Notes: generated from the sequence alone by a model not told the origin. A stretch of DNA of 64,000 bases from a candidate division CPR2 bacterium GW2011_GWC2_39_35 (GCA_000995065.1 LBWX01000001.1:31563-95562); one strand, 5' to 3'; shown: positions 45,565 through 55,399, counted from the first letter of the stretch. Translations and numbers: made by a program.

Positions 45565-48477
45565 ATGAGAAAGGAGATGGTTGTGTTAAATCCCGTTAAT
45601 CCCAGACCAAATTTTCCAGGTGAGGAAGAAGATATCCTAAAATTCTGGAATACAAAAAATATTTTTAAAAAGTCGATCGAAAGTCGTCCCAAAAACAAGA
45701 CCTTTTCTTTTTATGATGGCCCCCCATACGCTACGGGCCTACCTCATTATGGCCATCTAGTTGCAGGTACCATAAAAGATGTTATTCCCAGATACAAAAC
45801 TATGAAAGGTTATAGAGTTGAAAGAGTTTGGGGTTGGGATACCCATGGGTTGCCAATTGAAAATATCGTCGAACAAGAATTAAATATCAAATCCAAACTT
45901 CAGATAAGAGAATATGGCATTGACAAATTTAATGAAAAAGCGAGAGCCAAGGTCTTAGAATATGCCCATGCTTGGGAGCATATTGTAGAGCGAACCGGTC
46001 GCTGGGTAGATATGGAAAATGCCTATATTACAATGGATTCAAAATATATGGAATCTGTCTGGTGGGTTTTTAAGTCTATTTGGGACAAAGGCCTTGTCTA
46101 TATGGGCCATAAAGTAATGCCATATTGTCCCCGATGTGCTACCGGTCTTTCGAGCTTTGAGGTGGGCCTTGGTGGTTACAAAGACAAGATTGATAAGACT
46201 GTTACTGTTAAATTTCAGTCGGAAGACGACCCAAATACCTACTTTTTGGCTTGGACAACCACGCCCTGGACATTGCCTGGAAACTTGGCATTGGCAGTCA
46301 ATCCAAATATCAAATACGTAAAAGTTAAAAGGTATGATAAATTTTATATCTTAGCAAAGGACAGGTTAGAGCACTACAAAAACGTAATTGGCGATGAAAT
46401 TGTAGAAGAATTTAACGCCAAAAAACTCATCGGTAAGAAATATAAACGTATTTTTGATTACTATAAAGGTGTTGATAAGGCGTTTGAAATAATTGCCGGT
46501 GATTATGTAACTACAGAGGACGGTACGGGCATTGTGCACATTGCGCCAGCTTTTGGCGAAGAAGATTACCGCGTAGCCAAGGAAAGCGGCATCGCCTTTT
46601 ACATGCCGGTTAATGACATGGGGGAATTTGAAATAGACGTGCCAGATTATGCTGGACTTAGCGTTGTTTCCTCTGATACGAACGCGAGAATTATTACCGA
46701 ATTAGGAGACAAGGCATTAGTCGTTAGAGACCATACCCACCCATATCCGTATTGCTGGAGATGTGACTCACCTTTAATCTACAAAGCTATTGATAGCTGG
46801 TTTGTAGCTACCGAAAAGCTAAAGAAACAAATGATAAAGAACAACGAAAGTGTTCATTGGGTGCCGGACCATATTGGAAAAGGCCGTTTTGCCAAGCTTT
46901 TAGAAGGTGCTCCCGACTGGAATATCTCCCGAAACCGTTTTTGGGGTGTACCGATTCCCGTATGGGCTTGCGAGAAATGTAATGAAAATAAAGTTATGGG
47001 CAGCATAAAAGAGCTGGAAGAAGCTACCGGTAAAAAGATTGATGATATTCATTTGCACAAGATTCATGATTTAAAAGTTAAATGTAAATGCGGCGGAGAT
47101 GCCAGACTTACCGGAGAAGTTTTGGACGTCTGGTTTGATTCAGGCTGTATGCCATATGCATCAATCCATTATCCGTTTGAAAATAAGGATAAGTTTGAAC
47201 GGGATTTTCCTGCTGACTTTATTGCCGAAGGCGTCGATCAAACCAGAGGCTGGTTTAATTCCTTGATGGTTTTAGGAACTGCTCTTTTTGGCAAATCGCC
47301 TTATAAAAACGTGGTGGTAAACGGTATTGTTCTCGCGGAAGACGGCCAAAAAATGGCCAAAAGGCTTAAGAATTACCCTGATCCTAGTTATGTCATGGAA
47401 AAATACGGCGCTGATGCTATGCGGTTTTACCTCATGTCTAGTCCAGCCGTTAAGGCAGGAGACCTAAACTTTTCCGAAAAAGGGGTAGAAGAAATTGTTA
47501 AAAGACTAATTCTTACTTACTGGAACTCCTATTCCTTCTTTGTAACGTACGCATCTATTGTGGGCTTTAAGCCGGAAGAGATAGAAACTGAGGATATTTT
47601 AGACCTTTGGGTGATTTCCAGGCTTAATAACACTGTAAACATGGTTACCGAAGAACTGGATAATTACGAACTTCCTCCTGCCGCCAGAGCCATAGAGGAA
47701 TTTGTAGGCGATCTTTCCAATTGGTACATCCGCAGAAATAGAAAACGCTTTGCCGCCGGCGACAAAGCGGCCCTAAACACGCTTTATGGGGTCTTGGTTA
47801 AGTTGTCTCAAATGCTAGCACCGTACATGCCGTTTGTGACCGAAGAAGTTTATCAGAATTTGGTGGTAAATTTTGTTTCTGATGCTAAGGAGTCAATCCA
47901 TTTAACCGATTTTCCCGTATATAACGAGTTAAAGGTTGATGATGAACTGGAAGATAATATGGAGATGGTAAGAAAGCTTGTTGAGATGGGAATGAGTATT
48001 AGAAACGAAAAAGGTATCAAGGTAAGGCAGCCGTTGTCGGTTATCAATGCTACCATAAACAATAATTTGTTGGATAAAAGGCTTCAAAATATTCTGCTCG
48101 AAGAGTTAAATGTTAAAGGTTTTGCAGATCGGATAAAAAGCAAGAATAGCGAGGAATCCTCAGCTAGGGTCAATTCAAAAGAACTAAAGCTTATCGTTGA
48201 TCTTGAAATAACCTCGGAATTAAAAGCCGAAGGTTTGGCTAGAGAAATCCTAAGAAAAGTTCAAGTGTTAAGAAAGGAAAAGGGGCTGTCTATTGATGAC
48301 AAAATCGAGCTTTACTATGAAACAGAGGATAATGCCTTGAGAAATGCGATAAATCACCCTGTTTTTAAAGAAGGCGCCAAGGTAAAAACCACAAAAGAAG
48401 GCAAAATAGAAGATGCTCACAGCAAAGAATTAGCCATAGAGGGTAGTATGATTTGGGTAGGGATTAAGAAAGCGTAG
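45565..48477 (+). CDS. ileS: Isoleucine--tRNA ligase, type 2 (IleRS2); true start may be GTG 45583
   Basis: DGPPYATGLPHYGH, GWDTHGLP, WTTTPWTLP, DWNISRNRFWG, EGVDQTRGWF, KMAKRLKNYPDP. Confidence 0.97.
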   Translation: MRKEMVVLNPVNPRPNFPGEEEDILKFWNTKNIFKKSIESRPKNKTFSFYDGPPYATGLPHYGHLVAGTIKDVIPRYKTMKGYRVERVWGWDTHGLPIENIVEQELNIKSKLQIREYGIDKFNEKARAKVLEYAHAWEHIVERTGRWVDMENAYITMDSKYMESVWWVFKSIWDKGLVYMGHKVMPYCPRCATGLSSFEVGLGGYKDKIDKTVTVKFQSEDDPNTYFLAWTTTPWTLPGNLALAVNPNIKYVKVKRYDKFYILAKDRLEHYKNVIGDEIVEEFNAKKLIGKKYKRIFDYYKGVDKAFEIIAGDYVTTEDGTGIVHIAPAFGEEDYRVAKESGIAFYMPVNDMGEFEIDVPDYAGLSVVSSDTNARIITELGDKALVVRDHTHPYPYCWRCDSPLIYKAIDSWFVATEKLKKQMIKNNESVHWVPDHIGKGRFAKLLEGAPDWNISRNRFWGVPIPVWACEKCNENKVMGSIKELEEATGKKIDDIHLHKIHDLKVKCKCGGDARLTGEVLDVWFDSGCMPYASIHYPFENKDKFERDFPADFIAEGVDQTRGWFNSLMVLGTALFGKSPYKNVVVNGIVLAEDGQKMAKRLKNYPDPSYVMEKYGADAMRFYLMSSPAVKAGDLNFSEKGVEEIVKRLILTYWNSYSFFVTYASIVGFKPEEIETEDILDLWVISRLNNTVNMVTEELDNYELPPAARAIEEFVGDLSNWYIRRNRKRFAAGDKAALNTLYGVLVKLSQMLAPYMPFVTEEVYQNLVVNFVSDAKESIHLTDFPVYNELKVDDELEDNMEMVRKLVEMGMSIRNEKGIKVRQPLSVINATINNNLLDKRLQNILLEELNVKGFADRIKSKNSEESSARVNSKELKLIVDLEITSELKAEGLAREILRKVQVLRKEKGLSIDDKIELYYETEDNALRNAINHPVFKEGAKVKTTKEGKIEDAHSKELAIEGSMIWVGIKKA

Positions 48478-48556
48478 TTTTCAATTTAAACAAAGGGTTA
48501 TTCAATTATTAAAATCACTTGGATCTCAAACAATTTAGATGTAAAATACTACTGCT

Positions 48557-49657
48557 ATGTCTAAAAAAATACTATTTAAAAACTTCGACTGGGTACTTTT
48601 TGCGGTAGTAGGGCTCCTAATTAGTTTTGGTCTTCTAACTATTTACAGCACGGCTTTTGCGGAGACGGACGCCAAAGGAAATAAAGCTATATCTCAAGCA
48701 GTTTTCGCTGCTCTTGGTTTTATATTAGTCTTTGTTTTTGCAAAAATTGACTATCGGGTTTTCAGAAAGTTTACCGGACTCTTTTATGTCATTATGATTG
48801 CTTTATTGCTGGTGGTTGAATTTGCCGGTTCTAATGTTCTGGGTGCTACAAGATGGATTAATCTTGGTTTTTTTCAGCTGCAGCCATCAGAAGTCGCTAA
48901 AATTATATCTATTATCATCCTAGCAAAGTATTTTTCAGATCATAATGAAGAAATGTGGCGGGTTAAACATATAATCATTTCGGGGATATACATTATAATT
49001 CCCGTTTTAATGGTGGCGAAACAGCCCGACCTTGGAACCGCTATTGTTATCTTTTCTATTTGGCTGGGTATGCTTTTTGTTTCGAATGTCAAGAGGTCTA
49101 CTCTAATTAAAATGGCTGGGATCGGTCTAGCTATTCTTCCCCTTATGTGGTTTACGCTTCATGATTATCAAAAAAATCGAATATTAACGCTTTTTAGTCC
49201 GGATGCTGATGTATTGGGAAAAGGATGGAATGTAGAACAGGCAAATATAGCTATTGGATCGGGACAGTTTTTTGGCCGCGGTTTTGGTTATGGTTCGCAA
49301 AGCCATTTAAATTTCTTACCAATGCAGCATACTGACTTTGCATTTGCAGTTTTAGCCGAAGAAATGGGATTTTTAGGCTCCGTAATTCTTATTGGACTCT
49401 ATTTCTTATTGCTTTATCGTGTTCTAGCAATCGCAAAGTCATCCAGAGACAGTTTCGGTATGTTTATTGCAACAGGAACTGCCGTCATGTTTTTTGTCCA
49501 TATCTTTGTAAATATAGGTATGAATATAAGGCTTATGCCGGCTACGGGTATCCCGCTGCCTTTTATTAGCGCTGGCGGGACAGCAATCCTTATTAACCTC
49601 GCAGCGATTGGAATCTTGGAAAGCATTTATTCCAGACATAAGAAGATTGATTTTTAA
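48557..49657 (+). CDS. rodA: Rod shape-determining SEDS protein RodA
   Basis: GATRWI, QPSEVAK, QPDLGT, YQKNRI, AIGSG, LP.QHTDF, TGIPLPFISAGG. Confidence 0.93.
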   Translation: MSKKILFKNFDWVLFAVVGLLISFGLLTIYSTAFAETDAKGNKAISQAVFAALGFILVFVFAKIDYRVFRKFTGLFYVIMIALLLVVEFAGSNVLGATRWINLGFFQLQPSEVAKIISIIILAKYFSDHNEEMWRVKHIIISGIYIIIPVLMVAKQPDLGTAIVIFSIWLGMLFVSNVKRSTLIKMAGIGLAILPLMWFTLHDYQKNRILTLFSPDADVLGKGWNVEQANIAIGSGQFFGRGFGYGSQSHLNFLPMQHTDFAFAVLAEEMGFLGSVILIGLYFLLLYRVLAIAKSSRDSFGMFIATGTAVMFFVHIFVNIGMNIRLMPATGIPLPFISAGGTAILINLAAIGILESIYSRHKKIDF

Positions 49658-49737
49658 ACGGACCGCTTGTTGTTATTTATCCTTGACGAAAGGCGAATAA
49701 TTTGTTATTCTATTTACGGTACTTTTAAGGAGAACTC

Positions 49738-50109
49738 ATGTCAGAAGAGACTAAAACAGCTGAAAAGAAAGAAGTAAAAAAGGCGGGAAAATCCAGCCGT
49801 TTTGCTGTTATTGAAACAGGTGGAAAACAATATATTGTACGTGAAGGCCAGAGGATCGAGGTGGAACTTTTGGCAGACGCAAAAGAAGGCAAGGATCTGA
49901 CTCTTGACGCACTGCTTGTTGGCGACGACAAAACCGTTAAGGTTGGCAAGCCGATGGTAGAAAAAGCGACCGTTAAAGTTAAAGTGTTAGGGGATATTAA
50001 AGGAGAAAAGCTTATTGTATTTAAATACAAAGCAAAGAAAAACCAAAGAAAAAAAACCGGTCACAGACAAAAATACACTGAGCTTGAAATCACAAAGATC
50101 GAAATCTAA
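49738..50109 (+). CDS. rplU: 50S ribosomal protein L21
   Basis: FAVIETGGKQY.V, GHRQ.YT. Confidence 0.97.
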   Translation: MSEETKTAEKKEVKKAGKSSRFAVIETGGKQYIVREGQRIEVELLADAKEGKDLTLDALLVGDDKTVKVGKPMVEKATVKVKVLGDIKGEKLIVFKYKAKKNQRKKTGHRQKYTELEITKIEI

Positions 50110-50175
50110 TTTAAAACAGAATTTTTATGAAAAGCTGCTTCAAAAGGGCAGTTTTTTTGATACAATAGTTTTTGC

Positions 50176-50682
50176 ATGAATAAAGATTTATCAAAAATTA
50201 AGCATATGGCCGGTCTTATCATGGCTGTCCTATTTATTATTATTTCTCTTTATTCGTCCCAATATGATAGATCAGGAGTATCTGATGATGTTGCAGTCAA
50301 AAAAGTCGTTGACGGCGATACCGTGATACTTACAAATGACGAAAAGGTTAGATACATCGGCATCGACACGCCCGAGACCAAACATCCCAAGAAAGAAATT
50401 CAATGTTTCGGAAAAGAAGCTGCGGCTAGAAATAAGGAGCTAGTTGAAGGTAAAAAGGTAAAGCTCGAAAGGGATATTTCGGAGCGAGACAAGTATGGCC
50501 GCCTGCTTAGATATGTTTATTTAGAAGATAGTACATTCGTAAATCTACTTCTTGTAAAAGAAGGGTATGCTAGAGCTTCGACTTATCCGCCGGACATAAA
50601 ACATCAAAATGACTTTTTAGAGGCGGAAAGAGAGGCAAGGGGAAATAATCGAGGATTGTGGAATGCAGAAGCTTGTAATTAA
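50176..50682 (+). CDS. Thermonuclease (SNase-like), membrane-anchored
   Basis: VVDGDT, VRYIGIDTPET, DKYGRLLRYVY, GLW. Confidence 0.95.
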   Translation: MNKDLSKIKHMAGLIMAVLFIIISLYSSQYDRSGVSDDVAVKKVVDGDTVILTNDEKVRYIGIDTPETKHPKKEIQCFGKEAAARNKELVEGKKVKLERDISERDKYGRLLRYVYLEDSTFVNLLLVKEGYARASTYPPDIKHQNDFLEAEREARGNNRGLWNAEACN

Positions 50683-50723
50683 TAACTTGAAAAAAATACT
50701 CTATCATGGTAAATTTTAAATGT

Positions 50724-50777
50724 ATGAAAAAACGATTACAGATCAATGGGAAAGCATGGTGGGTCTGGCAAAAGTAA
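50724..50777 (+). CDS. Trp-rich leader peptide MKKRLQINGKAWWVWQK
   Basis: 17 codons with TGG TGG GTC TGG; directly after TTGAAA-17-TGnTAAATT (50687-50715). Confidence 0.7.
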   Translation: MKKRLQINGKAWWVWQK

Positions 50778-50841
50778 GCCGGGAGATTTTGTGATCTAAA
50801 TTTAATAAATAAGTAACAAGCTCCCGATGGGAGATTTTTTT
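50757..50841 (+). promoter_or_regulatory. Putative Trp transcription attenuator
   Basis: 1:2 TCTGGC/GCCGGG; 2:3 GGGAG (50781)/CTCCC (50821); 3:4 CTCCC-GAT-GGGAG followed by A and T7. Confidence 0.65.
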
Positions 50842-51012
50842 GCTTAAAATCTCCTCTTACGATGGGAGATGTTATGTTTAGATTGCAGTAGATGAAGATA
50901 ATACATTGAAATCGAGTGAAGTACATTACAAATCTAATAAGCCCGAAATTTGGGATGAAATAAAGAGCGCGTAAGTTTAGAAACTGGCTGTCCACGACTT
51001 AGGGAGGGTGAG

Positions 51013-51276
51013 ATGAGTAAGAAGATGGAACCAAAAAAGCTTGGGGGAAGAAAAACAAATGTTAGAAATATAAAACGAAGGAGTGAAGATCCAAGGAAAT
51101 TAAGTGCTGAGATAGCTGATCACATGAATGAAAGAGCAAGAATCGGTAAAAAAATCGAAGCAAGTGAATACCCCAAAAGAAAGGCACGTCGAGTCAAAAC
51201 ACGAATTACAGAGTTAAATTTTCTAATTGAGGAGAAAATGAATCTTTTTTCAAAAGCGATTGCTTCTGCAAACTGA
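51013..51276 (+). CDS. Hypothetical basic protein (87 aa)
   Basis: SD GGAGGG; K/R-rich helical ORF with no recognised family. Confidence 0.6.
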   Translation: MSKKMEPKKLGGRKTNVRNIKRRSEDPRKLSAEIADHMNERARIGKKIEASEYPKRKARRVKTRITELNFLIEEKMNLFSKAIASAN

Positions 51277-51349
51277 CACGTATTAATAAGCGGAACATTG
51301 TTATTTTAGAAAAGCATTGGCGACATCCATGGAAGGAGTAATCATAACA

Positions 51350-51772
51350 ATGCAAGCACCGAAAAAGGGGATAAAGCCTACGGGTCATGTAAAGAAGGCA
51401 AAGCGAAGATGTTTTACGAATCTGCATGCAACCACCCTGGCTAGGCAAATATCTGTTACAGTTATGAAGGGACAATTTCTATTACCTTGTATAGATTTAT
51501 CTTATCTATCTAATTATAGGGTTTGGCGCATTATAGATAGGATTAAAACGATCAATTGTGAAATAGAGGTTGTAGAAATACGGTTAAAAATGGCATTTGA
51601 ACCAGTAGATGTTTTAGGCGAAATGGCAAAAATAAAGAATGCGCTTATCTTAAAACGCTGCTATCTTGCAAGATTTTATGAAGAAATCAGAGACATTCAA
51701 ACTAGCCTGGAGTATCCTGATTACTATCAGATGATGCCAAGAACAACCTTAGATCCGACGACGATAAGATAA
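51350..51772 (+). CDS. Hypothetical protein
   Basis: AAGGAG upstream of ATG 51350; followed by a terminator. Confidence 0.55.
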   Translation: MQAPKKGIKPTGHVKKAKRRCFTNLHATTLARQISVTVMKGQFLLPCIDLSYLSNYRVWRIIDRIKTINCEIEVVEIRLKMAFEPVDVLGEMAKIKNALILKRCYLARFYEEIRDIQTSLEYPDYYQMMPRTTLDPTTIR

Positions 51773-51779
51773 CAAATTA

Positions 51780-51828
51780 CCCCAAGGAAAACGCGCATAG
51801 TCGCAAAATTTTCCTTGGGGCTGTTTTT
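51780..51828 (+). terminator. Intrinsic terminator
   Basis: CCCCAAGGAAAA...TTTTCCTTGGGG followed by CTGTTTTTT. Confidence 0.75.
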
Positions 51829-51877
51829 TGGAAAAAAGGCTTGACTTGCAACACAAAGCCGGATAAAATATGTATCG

Positions 51878-51967
51878 ATGAAGCAATTAACCAACCTCAT
51901 TCAAATCAGCGTAATGATGCTCGTGGTGAAGGAAAGCCACGGAAGGTTAGTGTTGTCTGAATCGTAA
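51878..51967 (+). CDS. Val/Leu/Ile/Met-rich leader peptide MKQLTNLIQISVMMLVVKESHGRLVLSES
   Basis: 29 codons just after TTGACT-17-TAAAAT (51841-51869); overlaps the antiterminator arm. Confidence 0.65.
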   Translation: MKQLTNLIQISVMMLVVKESHGRLVLSES

Positions 51968-52022
51968 AGTTTAGAAAGAGCATAGCTCAAGAAGAACCAA
52001 CCTTCCAAGCGGAAGGTTTTTT
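51921..52022 (+). promoter_or_regulatory. Putative branched-chain amino acid/Met transcription attenuator
   Basis: GGAAGGTT at 51941 and at 52011 can each pair with AACCTTCC (51999-52006); terminator AACCTTCC-AAGC-GGAAGGTT-TTTT; 1:2 hairpin TCGTGG/CCACGG over the Val-Val codons. Confidence 0.7.
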
Positions 52023-52032
52023 GATTGCATGC

Positions 52033-52104
52033 GGAAGTATGGGCAAATGGCAAGCCGTCGGCCAAACATGCCGAAATCCGAGGGTTCGAATCCCTCTACT
52101 TCTA
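52033..52104 (+). tRNA. Non-canonical tRNA-Val(AAC)-like gene
   Basis: Acceptor GGAAGTA/TACTTCT; D arm GGC-AAATGGCAA-GCC; anticodon stem TCGGC/GCCGA with loop CA-AAC-AT; T arm GAGGG-TTCGAAT-CCCTC; discriminator A; A33 instead of U33. Confidence 0.8.
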
Positions 52105-52236
52105 CCCAAGAAGCTAAGCAAAAGTTTGGCTACATAGTACCTTTACTTATTCAACCGAAGACCAAATGATCATTTATTGTCTGACACCGTGGGAAAAGTT
52201 ATTGTAGGCAGAAATTAGGACAAACAGGAGGGAACA

Positions 52237-52515
52237 ATGGTTAAAGAAAGAGGAAGATTTGACGTAAACCCAGCGCTAGAAGGGAATGAAAGCCAATTTA
52301 GCAAGTTAAGCCATGAAGTCTTGCGAGTCGAGAACAAAATAAAGCGTCTCGAAACACATGCGTCAATGTTGCTAAAGCACCAGAAAGCAGCGGCCGATCC
52401 AAAGATACATGATGAGTTGATTGAAAAAACAAAAGAAGATATCCGGCGGCTTATGCCGCAATTAAATCTTCTACAATCAGAAATCGATCGTTGCTTAAGT
52501 CTCAACCCATGCTAA
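52237..52515 (+). CDS. Hypothetical coiled-coil protein (92 aa)
   Basis: SD GGAGGG; helical composition. Confidence 0.65.
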   Translation: MVKERGRFDVNPALEGNESQFSKLSHEVLRVENKIKRLETHASMLLKHQKAAADPKIHDELIEKTKEDIRRLMPQLNLLQSEIDRCLSLNPC

Positions 52516-52538
52516 TATAAGCTAACGGTTAACAAAAG

Positions 52539-52582
52539 TCAGGACCTATTTAGATTAGAGATAGTCTCTAAATAGGTCCTGA
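52539..52582. other. 16-bp-stem inverted repeat (hairpin)
   Basis: TCAGGACCTATTTAGA-N12-TCTAAATAGGTCCTGA. Confidence 0.75.
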
Positions 52583-52639
52583 GAACAACTCAAGAGACGC
52601 AGGTGGTGATTATGACTGTATTGATTGGAGGAGATAGAC

Positions 52640-52879
52640 ATGGGGATGCCAAGGACTAGCATATGTGGAGTAAATATGCCCTTAGTTGAGGCAACAAAAG
52701 AGCAAATCGACTTGGTTAAGAAGTGTTACGAAACTAAGGGTGAGCGCGGTGCGGAGTGTGCTATTAATGGCGAGAAGATTTGCAAGTACGGCTTGCCCGT
52801 AATTTGCCGCCTTAGAAACGGGCACGACTATAATCCGAAGAAACCGGAAGAGTGTGCAAAACTTTCCATTGTTGGTTAA
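52640..52879 (+). CDS. Small six-cysteine hypothetical protein
   Basis: SD GGAGGAG before ATG 52640; 79 aa with 6 Cys. Confidence 0.65.
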   Translation: MGMPRTSICGVNMPLVEATKEQIDLVKKCYETKGERGAECAINGEKICKYGLPVICRLRNGHDYNPKKPEECAKLSIVG

Positions 52880-52994
52880 CCGAGAAAAGGAGTTTTGTTG
52901 GACAATAGAGAGGAGCGTGAATTATGAGGGGTTTTAAGAAAAAAGTTTATATATAAATATAAACCCCTCTAACCGCGCTCTTTTTATTTTGTCT

Positions 52995-55211
52995 TTATAG
53001 AGTTTTTTTCTTCAAAAGCAATGAATTTGTTACCACGGAAACGCTAGAAAAGCCCATGGCGAGCCCAGCTAGTTCCGGAGTAAGCAGAAGTCCAGTAGCG
53101 GGGTAGAGGACTCCAGCGGCCACGGGAATTCCAATAACATTATAGAAAAAAGCCCAGAAGAGATTTTGCTTTATTTTCGTCATAGTAAGTTTCGACAACC
53201 TAATGGCCCTGACCGCATCCATCAAGTTATTTTTAACAAGCACGATGTCTCCGGCTTCAATTGCAATATCCGTACCGGCGCCAAGAGCAATACCAACGTC
53301 AGCTTGAGTTAAAGCTACGGAATCATTAATACCGTCTCCAACCATCGCCACAATCTTGCCATTTTTTTGCAGTTCCTTTATTTCTTTAGCTTTTTCGTAC
53401 GGCAAGACTTCAGCAATAACTTTTTTTATACCAACTTTATTCGCTACTGCTTGAGCGGTTATCTTATTGTCTCCGGTTATGATTATGGTTTCGATATTCA
53501 TCTTATGTAACTTTTGAATCGCATCTTTTACGTTTTCCTTTAAGGTATCGGCGACGGCAATTGCCCCGATTATTTCATTGTTTAAGCCAATAATCATCAC
53601 TGTTTTACCATCAATTTCCAGCGAAGAAATTTTTTGTTCAATTTCTTCGGTAATTCTAATATTTTCGGTTTTAAAGAGACTTCTATTTCCTAGCATTGCA
53701 CTCTTACTATTAAGTTTCCCCTCGATACCTTTACCGGGAATAGCTTTAAAGTCCTCGACATCTTTTAATTTGATTTTTTTAAACTCAACATAGGTATCAA
53801 TAGCTTCGGCCAATGGATGTTCGCTAAATTTTTCGAGAGTTCCTGCCACTTCCAAAACATCAGTTTCTTGATTTTTATCAAAGGAGATTATATCAGTGAC
53901 TTCCGGCTTGCCTTTGGTTAGAGTCCCTGTTTTATCAAAAACTACTGTCGTTAATCTTTGGGCAATTTCTAGTGAAGCTGCGGATTTAATTAGGATGCCG
54001 TTTTCGGCGCCTTTTCCGGTGCCCACTATGATGGCTGCTGGGGTGGCAAGACCAAGGGCGCAAGGACAGGCAATAACCACCACTGCAATTGCTGTAAGAA
54101 GTGAGAACGTAAAAGTTTGGTCTACCACGAAATACCAAACGATAAATGTAAAGAGCGACAATATAAGCACCGTTGGTACAAAATAAGCCGAAACCGTGTC
54201 TGCAATTCGCTGTATTGGTGCTTTAGAGCCTTGCGCTTCTTCGACGAGTTTTACGATTTGCGCCAAAACGGTACCTTCACCAACCAAAGAAGTTTTTACC
54301 TTAATTGCTCCAAACTTATTAATCGTAGCACCAATTACTTTATCGCCGGGTTTTTTCTCTACCGGAATCGGCTCGCCAGAGATCATAGACTCATCAACCG
54401 ACGTTAGGCCTTCTATTATAACTCCATCAACTGGTATCTTCTCTCCAGGCCTAATTAGGACAATATCTCCAACTTTTACGTCGTCAATTGGAATATCGTA
54501 TTCTTTACCGTCTTTTATAACTCTGGCGGTTTTTGATTTTAGTTCAAGGAGCTTTTTTATTGCTTCGCCGGCTTTACCTTTTGCATTAGTCTCTAATAGT
54601 TTGCCAAGCAAAATAAAGGTGATAAGCAGCGCTGCGATCTCGTAAAACACGATCCCCGAGACAAAGAAAGTCGAAATTACAGAATAGAAATAGGCGGCAG
54701 AAGTGCCAACTACCACCAAGGTGTCCATATTAGACGTTTTGTTCTTTAAAGCGACTAAGGCTCCTTTATAAAAAGACGCGCCGGAGATAAACTGAACCGG
54801 AGTTGTGAGGGCAAATAGCAGTAGCTTTCGGTTTGGAAAATCCATTAGAAAATCGATGTTTAAGCCGAATACCTTAAATACATGAGGCATCGAAATCACA
54901 AAAACCGGAATAGATAGTAATGCTGCCAGAATAAAACGCCTAAGCAACATATAATAGTCTTTGCTTTTGTCTTTTTCTTTTTCGGTCGAGATAATTTGGG
55001 ATTCTTCGGCATCATAACCGACTTTTTTAACAATATTTATTAATTTATTAGTGTCTGTTTTAGCAGGATCGTACAATACGCTGGCCTTTTCTGAAGCAAG
55101 GTTGACGCTAGCCTCAGTTACGCCCTCGCTCTTTAGAAGCGCTTTTTCGACATTAATAGCGCAACTGGCGCAATGCATTCCCTTTATAATGAGTTGTTCC
55201 TTCTTAGTCAA
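52995..55211 (-). CDS. copA: Copper-translocating P1B-type ATPase
   Basis: GMHCASC HMA domain, [28 protein letters not shown] and MxxSS Cu(I) signatures. Confidence 0.95.
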   Translation of the reverse strand: MTKKEQLIIKGMHCASCAINVEKALLKSEGVTEASVNLASEKASVLYDPAKTDTNKLINIVKKVGYDAEESQIISTEKEKDKSKDYYMLLRRFILAALLSIPVFVISMPHVFKVFGLNIDFLMDFPNRKLLLFALTTPVQFISGASFYKGALVALKNKTSNMDTLVVVGTSAAYFYSVISTFFVSGIVFYEIAALLITFILLGKLLETNAKGKAGEAIKKLLELKSKTARVIKDGKEYDIPIDDVKVGDIVLIRPGEKIPVDGVIIEGLTSVDESMISGEPIPVEKKPGDKVIGATINKFGAIKVKTSLVGEGTVLAQIVKLVEEAQGSKAPIQRIADTVSAYFVPTVLILSLFTFIVWYFVVDQTFTFSLLTAIAVVVIACPCALGLATPAAIIVGTGKGAENGILIKSAASLEIAQRLTTVVFDKTGTLTKGKPEVTDIISFDKNQETDVLEVAGTLEKFSEHPLAEAIDTYVEFKKIKLKDVEDFKAIPGKGIEGKLNSKSAMLGNRSLFKTENIRITEEIEQKISSLEIDGKTVMIIGLNNEIIGAIAVADTLKENVKDAIQKLHKMNIETIIITGDNKITAQAVANKVGIKKVIAEVLPYEKAKEIKELQKNGKIVAMVGDGINDSVALTQADVGIALGAGTDIAIEAGDIVLVKNNLMDAVRAIRLSKLTMTKIKQNLFWAFFYNVIGIPVAAGVLYPATGLLLTPELAGLAMGFSSVSVVTNSLLLKKKTL

Positions 55212-55258
55212 TCTATGCTCCAGTGCATACCTCTAATTTTGTTGATAATGTTATTCAT
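55208..55258 (-). pseudogene. Remnant of an HMA/CopZ-like ORF ([16 protein letters not shown])
   Basis: Strong SD AGGAGGA; KIRGMH resembles an HMA start; its TGA overlaps the copA TTG. Confidence 0.5.
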
Positions 55259-55399
55259 CTATCCTCCTTAAGTTTACAAAACCCATTATAATTACAGTTA
55301 TCTTTGATTGCTAGGGTGTTTCAAAAAAACCAATTTCTTTCCTTAAAACCAATTTTATGCTTCCATCTTTATTTAAGAGTTGCTATAATCGTGAGCGTT

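Noticed and set aside
50790-50806. Second CRP site TGTGATCTAAATTTAA in the Trp leader
   Set aside because: Only one half-site matches and it lies downstream of the promoter
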